Shown here: positions 56,032 through 64,000 of the stretch, piece by piece | How positions within the stretch are numbered: the first letter of the stretch is position 1 | Layout of the letters: the number at the start of each line of letters is the position of its first letter | Origin: Anaerolineae bacterium | GTDB taxonomy: Bacteria > Chloroflexota > Anaerolineae > Fen-1058 | DNA length: 64,000 nt | Assembly: GCA_036514635.1 (NCBI GenBank) | Contig: DATBWU010000155.1 | Span: 802 to 64,801 of the forward strand | Direction of reading: 5' to 3' | Made by a program: the position numbers and the translations under genes | The notes under the pieces: generated by a model | Told to the model about the DNA's origin: nothing | Databases searched by the model: none | What the model saw: only the letters and a program-made list of their open reading frames with translations

Positions 56032-56406
56032 GTGAAACCCGATGACATTCGAGCCATCATCGAGCGAGCCGGGCGGGCCTGGGTCGCCGGCGACGCCGAA
56101 TCCTTCGCGGCGCTGTTCACGCCCGATGGCGAATTCGTCGTGCCGGGCAAACGCTGGCAGAGTCCGCCCGCTATCCGCGAAGTGCTCGCCCGTTTTGCCG
56201 AGCGCTATTCGGACGTAAGAGTAGACATCCGGCGCATTATCGTCGACGGCGATCAGGCAGCGGTCGAATGGTATTGGGAGGACACGAAAAACGAGACCGG
56301 CGCTCGCAACCGGGCCGACGATGCGATCGTCGTCGATTTCCGGGATGGCCGGATCAGCCGCTGGCGCGAGTACATCGACACGAAGTCGCCGGCCACGAAT
56401 TCGTAG
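56032..56406 (+). CDS. SnoaL-like / NTF2-fold protein
   Basis: GTG 56032 after AGGAGG, 124 aa. ...AWVAGDAESFAALFTPDGEFV... pattern. Confidence 0.7.
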   Translation: MKPDDIRAIIERAGRAWVAGDAESFAALFTPDGEFVVPGKRWQSPPAIREVLARFAERYSDVRVDIRRIIVDGDQAAVEWYWEDTKNETGARNRADDAIVVDFRDGRISRWREYIDTKSPATNS

Positions 56407-56409
56407 GAG

Positions 56410-57231
56410 ATGCCGATCTTGGAGAATGCATACCCGCCCGACTACTGGCCGCTGTTTGAAGCCTACCATCGCGTGCGCGAGCCGATTTACCGGGCGATCA
56501 TCGCCGATGCACGGCTGACCCCTGATGCGCTCATTCTCGACGCGGCTTGCGGTGACGCATTCTACAGTTGGCTCCTGATCGACAGCCTGGGGCCAAAGGC
56601 GCGAATCATCGCCGTCGATCATAATCCGGCGCTGCTTCGCTCTCGACCCGGGCTCGGCGGAGCGATACAGCTCTGCTTGAGCGACCTGGAGTGCGCAGGA
56701 CTGCGGCACCACGTCTTCGACACGATCTGGATTTGCCGGGCCATGCACTCGGCGCTCGATCCGCTGCGCCGATTGTCTGCGCTGGTGCCGCTGTTGCGAT
56801 CGGGCGGACGGCTAATCGTGATCGAAAACGATCTCGCGCACTGCCCCATCCTCCCCTGGCCGGCCCGCTTCGAAAGCCGCATTCAGGCGGCGCTCCACCA
56901 ATGCCTGGAGCGCCGCTGCCCGGACGGCGTATCGATCGAGCGCTACCACGCCGCCCGCCACCTGGTCGCCTGGCTGGATCAGGTCGGGCTGCGGCAAATT
57001 TCGATCCGCACGTATCTTGCGGAAGACGTCGCGCCCCTGACAAACGAGGTGGAAGCATACTGGAAACTGGCGATGGACTACCTGGGTCATCTGATCCAGC
57101 CATTCCTCGCGCCCGAGGATTGGCAAGCCTACTCACGCGCATTCGATCCTCAATCCCAAGATTACATGCTGACCAATCCCGGCTTCTACGGCCTTGAACC
57201 GATCACTGTCGGCTGCGGCATTGCGCCGTGA
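56410..57231 (+). CDS. Class I SAM-dependent methyltransferase
   Basis: 273 aa. Motif I ILDAACGDA, then RSGGRLIVIE. Confidence 0.8.
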   Translation: MPILENAYPPDYWPLFEAYHRVREPIYRAIIADARLTPDALILDAACGDAFYSWLLIDSLGPKARIIAVDHNPALLRSRPGLGGAIQLCLSDLECAGLRHHVFDTIWICRAMHSALDPLRRLSALVPLLRSGGRLIVIENDLAHCPILPWPARFESRIQAALHQCLERRCPDGVSIERYHAARHLVAWLDQVGLRQISIRTYLAEDVAPLTNEVEAYWKLAMDYLGHLIQPFLAPEDWQAYSRAFDPQSQDYMLTNPGFYGLEPITVGCGIAP

Positions 57232-57707
57232 AAACGCTTTACGTGCTGATTGGCGCGCCGGGGTCGGGTAAGAGCACCTGGACGCGCGAAAACGCGGGAC
57301 GGCTGGGCGCTGTCACGATCGGCTCAGACGACGTGCGAAACGATTTTCGGGCCAGCGGCCGGAATCCTACCGACGGCGATGCCGTCTTTGCGGAGGTCGA
57401 GCGCCGTGCACGCGATCGATTGTTGGCCGGTCAAAATGTGATCCTCGATGCGACGCACTTCCTACGCCGGTATCGGGCCTACGCCGTCAACCTGGCCCGT
57501 CAACTCGGCGCACGCCGGGTCGCCATCTGGTTCGACGTGCCTCTCGACGAGTGCTTGCGCCGCAATGCCGACCGGCCGGGATCGGCGTTCGGGAGTGAGA
57601 GCGTGCCCGCCCAGGTCGTCCGCAAGATATTCGAGCGTCTTCAGCCGCCGGGTTCCGACGAGTTCGACGTGATTCAGCGCATCACATCGGAAGAGGTCTC
57701 GGCTTGA
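57228..57707 (+). CDS. P-loop kinase-like protein (AAA_33 type), paralog 2
   Basis: GTG start overlapping the upstream stop (GTGA). GAPGSGKS, VILDATH, WFDVPLDECLRRN. Confidence 0.75.
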   Translation: MKTLYVLIGAPGSGKSTWTRENAGRLGAVTIGSDDVRNDFRASGRNPTDGDAVFAEVERRARDRLLAGQNVILDATHFLRRYRAYAVNLARQLGARRVAIWFDVPLDECLRRNADRPGSAFGSESVPAQVVRKIFERLQPPGSDEFDVIQRITSEEVSA

Positions 57708-57731
57708 CCGCACCGGAGCGCGGCTTATAAT
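57704..57731 (+). promoter_or_regulatory. Candidate eno promoter (TTGACC-16-TATAAT)
   Basis: TTGACC 57704-57709 (overlaps the kinase stop), TATAAT 57726-57731. The leader contains the 57746-57816 hairpin and SD AAGGAG. Confidence 0.6.
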
Positions 57732-57745
57732 GCCGGAGTGAACTT

Positions 57746-57816
57746 TCACCGCCGAGAACGCCGAGAGCGCAGAGAGAGATGAAATGTCTCGGCGGTCTCC
57801 GCGTACTCTGCGGTCA
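57746..57816. repeat. Hairpin of CGCCGAG/CGCAGAG words in the eno leader
   Basis: tcaccgccgagaacgccgagagcgcagagag ... tctcggcggtctccgcgtactctgcggtca. Confidence 0.8.
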
Positions 57817-57821
57817 ACTAA

Positions 57822-59114
<1,293 letters not shown>

Positions 59115-59119
59115 TCGAG

Positions 59120-59173
59120 GCAACGGATAAGAACGGGTAAACGGATGCTCGACGGTATCCGTTTATCCGTTGC
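59120..59173 (+). terminator. Stem-loop of AACGGAT words after eno (probable terminator)
   Basis: gcaacggataa...aaacggat gctcgacggt atccgtttatccgttgc. Confidence 0.55.
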
Positions 59174-59201
59174 TTCGCGCCAATCCTCAATCTGCAATCG
59201 T

Positions 59202-59783
59202 ATGAACCCGATCTTGCTCGATTTCCCCGACTCTTTCGACACCGAGCGGCTGACCATCCGCGCGCACCGCGTCGGTGATGGCGCGCAAATCGCTGAAGCC
59301 GTGCGCGAGTCGCTGGACGCGCTGCGGCCATGGATGCCGTGGGCGCAAGATGAACCGAGCGCCGAGGCTCAAGAGGCCCGTATTCGACATTGCATCGCCG
59401 GCTGGATCGGGCGTAAAGACCTGGGGCTTTTGCTGTTTCTCAAAGGCCGCGACACACTCGTCGGCAGCAGCGGCCTGCATCGCATCGATTGGGATGCGCG
59501 GTGTTTTGAAATCGGCTACTGGGTGCGGACGAAGTTCGCCGGGCAGGGCTACGCCACCGAAGCGGTCAACGGTATCACCCGATTCGCATTCACGCATCTC
59601 AAGGCCAATCGCGTCGAGATTCGCTGCGACGCGAAGAACGTCCGCAGTGCGGCGATCGCCAAACGCTGCGGATTTCTGCTGGAGGGCGTGCGGCGGCACG
59701 ATAGTCTCGGTGTCGATGGCGACCTGCGCGACACGCTGGTCTTCTCCAAGATCGGCCTGGATGAGTTCCACTGGTACGACTGA
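59202..59783 (+). CDS. GNAT N-acetyltransferase (RimJ/RimL-like)
   Basis: ATG 59202. ...ERLTIR..., FEIGYWV, GQGYATEA motif A. Confidence 0.85.
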   Translation: MNPILLDFPDSFDTERLTIRAHRVGDGAQIAEAVRESLDALRPWMPWAQDEPSAEAQEARIRHCIAGWIGRKDLGLLLFLKGRDTLVGSSGLHRIDWDARCFEIGYWVRTKFAGQGYATEAVNGITRFAFTHLKANRVEIRCDAKNVRSAAIAKRCGFLLEGVRRHDSLGVDGDLRDTLVFSKIGLDEFHWYD

Positions 59784-59864
59784 CGACGAAAGACGAACGA
59801 CGGAGGGCGAAAACGATCTCTTCGCACACGATTCACCTTCGTCATTCGTCTATGGTCCTTCGTC
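59782..59864. repeat. Imperfect palindrome of ACGAA(A/G)GACGAA words
   Basis: gacgacgaaagacgaacgacggagg ... ccttcgtcattcgtctatggtccttcgtc. Confidence 0.8.
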
Positions 59865-59873
59865 TCTCTTCAG

Positions 59874-60512
59874 ATGAATGTCGAACCCGTCACTCTTGAA
59901 GGCAAGGTCATCCGGCTTGAGCCGCTCTCGCTGGATCATCACGCGCAACTGTGCCAGGTGGGCCTGGAGCCGGGCATCTGGCGCTGGACGACGACGGCGG
60001 TTAGCACGCCGGACGACATGCGCGCTTACATCGAGAATGCGCTGAAGGCGCAGGCAGAAGGGTCGGCCCTGCCCTTCGCGACGATCGAGAAGTCCGCTGG
60101 CCGCGTCGTGGGCAGCACGCGCTTCGGCAACATCGACCGGGCCAACCGCCGCGTCGAGATTGGCTGGACGTGGATCGGGCTGCTGTGGCAACGCACGCCG
60201 GTCAACACCGAGGCGAAGTACCTGATGTTGCGGCACGCCTTCGAGACGTGGGGCTGCATCCGCGTGGAACTGAAGACCGACGTGCTCAACGAGCGCTCGC
60301 GCAACGCCATCCTGCGTATCGGCGCGAAGCAGGAAGGCATCCTGCGCCAGCACATGATCGTGCCAGGCGGGCGACTCCGCGACTCGGTGTACTTCAGCAT
60401 CATCGACCGCGAGTGGCCGGAAGTGAAAGCGCGGCTGGAAGAGAAACTGGCGCGCCCATTCCTTATCAGAGCACAACAAACCACGGAGACACGAAGACAC
60501 GGAGAGACGTAG
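59874..60512 (+). CDS. GNAT N-acetyltransferase (RimJ/RimL-like)
   Basis: 212 aa. VIRLEPLSLDH, VEIGWTW, NERSRNAILRIGAKQEG. The last ~11 codons are encoded by a repeat arm. Confidence 0.85.
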   Translation: MNVEPVTLEGKVIRLEPLSLDHHAQLCQVGLEPGIWRWTTTAVSTPDDMRAYIENALKAQAEGSALPFATIEKSAGRVVGSTRFGNIDRANRRVEIGWTWIGLLWQRTPVNTEAKYLMLRHAFETWGCIRVELKTDVLNERSRNAILRIGAKQEGILRQHMIVPGGRLRDSVYFSIIDREWPEVKARLEEKLARPFLIRAQQTTETRRHGET

Positions 60513-60543
60513 CCCATCTCAGTGCCTCCGTGTCTCCGTGGTT
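60479..60543. repeat. Palindromic element with AACCACGG...CCGTGGTT termini
   Basis: aaccacggagacacgaagacacggagag ... cctccgtgtctccgtggtt. Spans the GNAT stop and ends 3 nt before the NUDIX ATG. Confidence 0.85.
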
Positions 60544-60545
60544 CC

Positions 60546-61091
60546 ATGAAGACCACGCCGAAGATGCCCCGAACCGAACAAGGTATCGATGTCAGCCTGA
60601 AGCGCAACCGCTACACCGCCATCCCGCGCACGCTGTGCTTCATCACGCGCGGGCGCGACGAGGTGCTGCTCTTGCGCGGCGCGCCGACGAAACGCATCTG
60701 GGCGAATCGATACAACGGCATCGGTGGGCACGTCGAGCCGGATGAAGACATCCTGTCCTCGATGGCGCGCGAGCTGCGCGAAGAAACCGGCCTCACGGTC
60801 GGGCGTCTTGCGCTGCGCGGCATCGTCAACGTCAACACGGGCGATTCGGTCGGTATCATCGTATTCGTTTTTTCGGCGGAGTACACCTCGGGCGAGGTGA
60901 GGTCTTCCGAAGAAGGCGCACTCGAATGGGTTCAACGCGATCGATTGGCGTCGCTCCCGCTGGCGCCGGACTTGCCGGCTATTCTGGCGCGCATCTTCGA
61001 CGCCGCTCCCAATACTCCACCCTTCTTCGCTTACACGCATTACGACGAAAACGATCAACTCGTCATCGAGTTCGCCGATGCCGCGAACTGA
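60546..61091 (+). CDS. NUDIX hydrolase
   Basis: ATG 60546. Nudix box GGHVEPDEDILSSMARELREETGL. Confidence 0.85.
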   Translation: MKTTPKMPRTEQGIDVSLKRNRYTAIPRTLCFITRGRDEVLLLRGAPTKRIWANRYNGIGGHVEPDEDILSSMARELREETGLTVGRLALRGIVNVNTGDSVGIIVFVFSAEYTSGEVRSSEEGALEWVQRDRLASLPLAPDLPAILARIFDAAPNTPPFFAYTHYDENDQLVIEFADAAN

Positions 61092-61300
61092 GAGCCTGTT
61101 TGAAAAGCCCTGATGATTAACCGCCACGCCCCCGCCCAGCGCGCCCCCGCTGCTGCGCAGCGGACAGGGCGTATCCGACGCATCGCGTCGGGGGCGCGCT
61201 AGGCGAGTCACCACCCCCTGAAGGGGGCAAGCGACACCAAGAATCGCAAAGCTTCCTTTGAGCCTTGGTGTCTTGGTGGTGAGTTTCAAGACAGCCTGAG
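61090..61300. repeat. MITE/REP-like element, family A copy 2
   Basis: Near-identical ~110-nt core to 17911-18020. Outer arms gagagcctgtttgaaaagcc / gtttcaagacagcctgag. Confidence 0.85.
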
Positions 61301-61311
61301 GGATTCCGATC

Positions 61312-62223
61312 TTGAAGAAGCCCAGTCGACTGGAACGCCGGATCGCCGCTGCGCTGAAGAACGAAGACCTGGACGCGCTTGTGCTCGCGCTCGGCGCACG
61401 CGGCACTGGGCACGCCGCCGTCAGTGCTGATCCGGGCACGGCGCGCACCGCCGACAAGCGCTTGGCCGCCAGGATGATTCGCGCACACTTTGCCGATCGG
61501 CCGCGCGATCTCTCGGCGTGGTGCAAGCAGCTGCTGGCACGCCCCGACCACAACACGCACGAAGTCGGATTGATCCTGCTGCCCGACGTGTACACGCTGC
61601 ATCCGATCTACGCCCAACGCCAACTGCTGAAGTTTGCCGACAGCCCCAACTGGGAAGTGCGCGAATTTGCGGGAAGCGTCGCCGGGCAGATCCTCGACGA
61701 GCACTTCAACATGTTCTACCCGGTGATGAAGAAGTGGTCGCGCCATGCTTCGGAGAATGTGCGGCGCGCCGTAGTGATTGCGACCATGCAGGCCTCGGAC
61801 GCGAAAAAGCCGGAGCGCGGGCCAAAGTTGATGCGCCTGCTCGATCCGCTGATGGCCGATCCGGCGCGCTACGTGCGCGTCAACCTGGGCCAGTTCGCCA
61901 TCAGCCTGTCGCTGTTGAAGAACTACCCTGAATTGACGCTCAAGTGGCTAAACGCGCAGTCGCGCAAGGCCGACGAAAACGTGCGCTGGAACGTGGCGAT
62001 GGTGTGGAGCGCGGTCGGCGGGCGGAAACATGCGGTGGAGGGCGCGCGCCTTCTGCATCGGCTGGCCGCCGATGATCGGCGCTTCGTGTGGCGCGCGGTC
62101 GCCAGCGCGGCGGTGAAGCTGGGTCGTGCCCGGCCTGATGTGGTCAAGCCGCTCGTCCGCAAATGGCGAACCGATCCCAGGCGCAAGCACGCGGCGGCAG
62201 TCGTCGCCTATTACCTGAAGTGA
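61312..62223 (+). CDS. HEAT-repeat protein, DNA alkylation repair (AlkD/AlkC-like) family
   Basis: 303 aa, TTG start. Repeated W.VRE/NVRR/YVRV/NVRW helical-repeat signatures. Family call from memory. Confidence 0.55.
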   Translation: MKKPSRLERRIAAALKNEDLDALVLALGARGTGHAAVSADPGTARTADKRLAARMIRAHFADRPRDLSAWCKQLLARPDHNTHEVGLILLPDVYTLHPIYAQRQLLKFADSPNWEVREFAGSVAGQILDEHFNMFYPVMKKWSRHASENVRRAVVIATMQASDAKKPERGPKLMRLLDPLMADPARYVRVNLGQFAISLSLLKNYPELTLKWLNAQSRKADENVRWNVAMVWSAVGGRKHAVEGARLLHRLAADDRRFVWRAVASAAVKLGRARPDVVKPLVRKWRTDPRRKHAAAVVAYYLK

Positions 62224-62227
62224 CAAA

Positions 62228-63031
62228 GTGACAAAGCCCATGCCCGAATGTGAACCGACCCTCACCAGCCTGGCCTTCGATCGCGCCGCGTCGTTCTACG
62301 ACGACACGCGCGCCCTGCCCGCCGACATCTCCGGGCGCGTCACACAAGCGATCCTCGACCTGGCCCCACCCGGTCAGCCGATACTCGAATGTGGGGTGGG
62401 CACCGGGCGCATCGCCGCGCCCGTGTTGATGCGAGGCGCGCCGCTGATCGGCATCGATCTGTCGATCGAGATGATGCAGCGCCTGCGGGCAAAGGTCGAT
62501 CACGCGCGGCTGGCGCAGGCCGATATTTCACGTCTACCCTTTCCCGATGCCACCTTCGGCGCGATCCTCACGGTGCACGTCCTTCATCTGGTCGGCCCGT
62601 GGCGCGAGGCGCTGCGCGAGTTCAAGCGCGTGCTGCGCCCCGGCGGCGCTTACCTCAACTCACACAACTTCCGCCGCCCCGACTCGCCCAACGCCCGGCT
62701 GCGCGAGCGCTGGCACAACCTGGTCGAAGCACGCGGCTATTCCTGGCGTCGCCCCGGCGCGCAGAACCACGAGCAAGTCGTCGACGAGCTGCGCTCGATG
62801 GGTGCGCGCGTCGAAGAGGTCTTCGTTGGATCGTGGACGCAAACGGTCACGCCGCAACAAGAGCTCGAATCGATTGCGAGCCGTGTGCACTCGGACACGT
62901 GGGACGTGCCGGATGACGTCCTGGCGGGAACCGCCGCCGAGCTGCGCGCCTGGGCCATCACCGAGTATCGCGATTTAAGCACCCCCGTTCCAATCGAGCG
63001 GCGCTTCAGCTTCGACGTAACCCGCTTTTGA
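62228..63031 (+). CDS. Class I SAM-dependent methyltransferase
   Basis: Motif I ILECGVGTGR, then LRPGGAYL. Start is GTG 62228 or ATG 62240. Confidence 0.8.
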   Translation: MTKPMPECEPTLTSLAFDRAASFYDDTRALPADISGRVTQAILDLAPPGQPILECGVGTGRIAAPVLMRGAPLIGIDLSIEMMQRLRAKVDHARLAQADISRLPFPDATFGAILTVHVLHLVGPWREALREFKRVLRPGGAYLNSHNFRRPDSPNARLRERWHNLVEARGYSWRRPGAQNHEQVVDELRSMGARVEEVFVGSWTQTVTPQQELESIASRVHSDTWDVPDDVLAGTAAELRAWAITEYRDLSTPVPIERRFSFDVTRF

Positions 63032-63047
63032 GATTTGTCGACCGCTT

Positions 63048-63116
63048 AACCGCCGAGGCCACGGAGAACGCGGAGGAATCCTGAGAATCTCTGCGCCCTC
63101 AGCCTCCTCGGCGGTG
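63048..63116. repeat. Hairpin of CGCCGAG/CACGGAG/CGCGGAG words
   Basis: aaccgccgaggccacggagaacgcggag ... ctctgcgccctcagcctcctcggcggtg. Confidence 0.8.
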
Positions 63117-63157
63117 AAATCCTCGCGCGGGAATCAAAGACTTCAGGGATCAGGTTC

Positions 63158-63937
63158 TCATTTCACCACGATCACCGCCGGAACCGCGATCCACGAATCG
63201 ATGCCCCACACGCCGTCCGCCGTTCGCGCCATCAGTCCCGATGACGTGCCGCCATCCAGATTCAACGCCGCGTCTAGTTCGAGGTCCGATTGCGACAGCC
63301 ACATCGCCAGATCGGTCAGGCTGAAGATCGGGCGCGGGCTGACCAGGAACACGATGCGCCCGGCCCGATCGAGGCCAACCACGCTGCGCGGCGCGATGTC
63401 GCCGTCGTCGCGAATCCGATCATTCGCCGCCCGATGATTGAGCAGCATCGGGAATGACTGCACCATGTGCTCGAACGTCTCGGCCGGCGAGTAGGGCTGC
63501 AAGATGAGCGAGCGCACCTGCACGCGCCCTTGACTGACGCCGAACAACCCTCCCAGGTCGACATACGACTCGCCAAACGCCTGCCCATCCGAAATCAACA
63601 GCCCCAGCGCGCGATTGTCTGTGCCGAAGAAGCCGCCGTTGATCACCAGCCGGGCCTGCTCGGCGTCCAGCCACTCGCCGACGCGGCGGGGCCGATCGGG
63701 CGAATAGCGCACCTGAAACGAGGCCAGGCTCGGATCGACGCGCGCGATCAACAGCCGGTCGTGGCGGCTTGCGTTGATCACACTCAATTCGCGGACCTCG
63801 ATGCCGGCGCTGACGGTCTGCCAGCCGGTATCCGGGGCGATCGGAGTCAGGGTCGGGGTTGGAGTGAAAGTGAGTTCGTCGATCGGGCTGCAGGCCGCCA
63901 TCAGCCAGGCTGCAACGACGAGGCACAGCGGTTTCAC
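63158..63937 (-). CDS. Phosphodiester glycosidase family lipoprotein (DUF2233)
   Basis: 259 aa, GTG start, lipobox LMAAC. INGGFF, RSVVGLD..GR, LNLDGGTSS motifs. Confidence 0.75.
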   Translation of the reverse strand: MKPLCLVVAAWLMAACSPIDELTFTPTPTLTPIAPDTGWQTVSAGIEVRELSVINASRHDRLLIARVDPSLASFQVRYSPDRPRRVGEWLDAEQARLVINGGFFGTDNRALGLLISDGQAFGESYVDLGGLFGVSQGRVQVRSLILQPYSPAETFEHMVQSFPMLLNHRAANDRIRDDGDIAPRSVVGLDRAGRIVFLVSPRPIFSLTDLAMWLSQSDLELDAALNLDGGTSSGLMARTADGVWGIDSWIAVPAVIVVK

Positions 63938-64000
63938 TGCGAATCGCCTGACTGGACACCGAGCACTTTGGGCAGGATGAGGATCGCGCCGGGCACTTCG

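Overview
64-kb, high-GC (about 60-65% by eye) bacterial chromosomal segment. Gene content and repeat style suggest a Chloroflexota-like organism, but that is inference only. There are about 65 protein genes, almost all ordinary housekeeping or metabolism: ppdK; the dnaG-rpoD pair; a pstS-C-A-B phosphate-uptake locus with a second, divergent pstB; a pantothenate/CoA set (panB, panE, panC, coaX, coaBC) interrupted by proS; a glgP-type phosphorylase; a tungsten-type aldehyde:ferredoxin oxidoreductase; nnr; nifS-mnmA; eno; several small GNAT, methyltransferase, NUDIX and kinase genes; and three LysM cell-wall proteins. There are three tRNAs (Asn-GTT, Lys-CTT, Arg-TCT). I saw no rRNA, CRISPR array, transposase, integrase or phage genes. 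Five things are unusual. (1) Almost every intergenic spacer is built from 7-9-nt 'words' arranged as imperfect palindromes, with at least four multi-copy MITE/REP-like families. (2) Three small low-GC PD-(D/E)XK-type orphan nuclease genes (GxxExxY, DUF559, Uma2) are wedged into housekeeping operons, and two of them are bracketed by those repeats. (3) A low-GC two-gene insertion (class-II aaRS-like fragment plus B12-binding radical SAM) lies on the 3' side of tRNA-Lys. (4) A tightly coupled operon encodes a wHTH-like protein, a MoaD/ThiS-like beta-grasp with a post-GG tail, and a SLOG/2-deoxyribosyltransferase-like protein; it ends inside tRNA-Arg and is followed by a catalytically dead ImmA/IrrE-like protein. 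(5) Several near-consensus promoters sit 6-8 nt from start codons (leaderless candidates). All family calls come from motif recognition by eye; no searches were run. Start codons and repeat borders are approximate (+/- a few nt).
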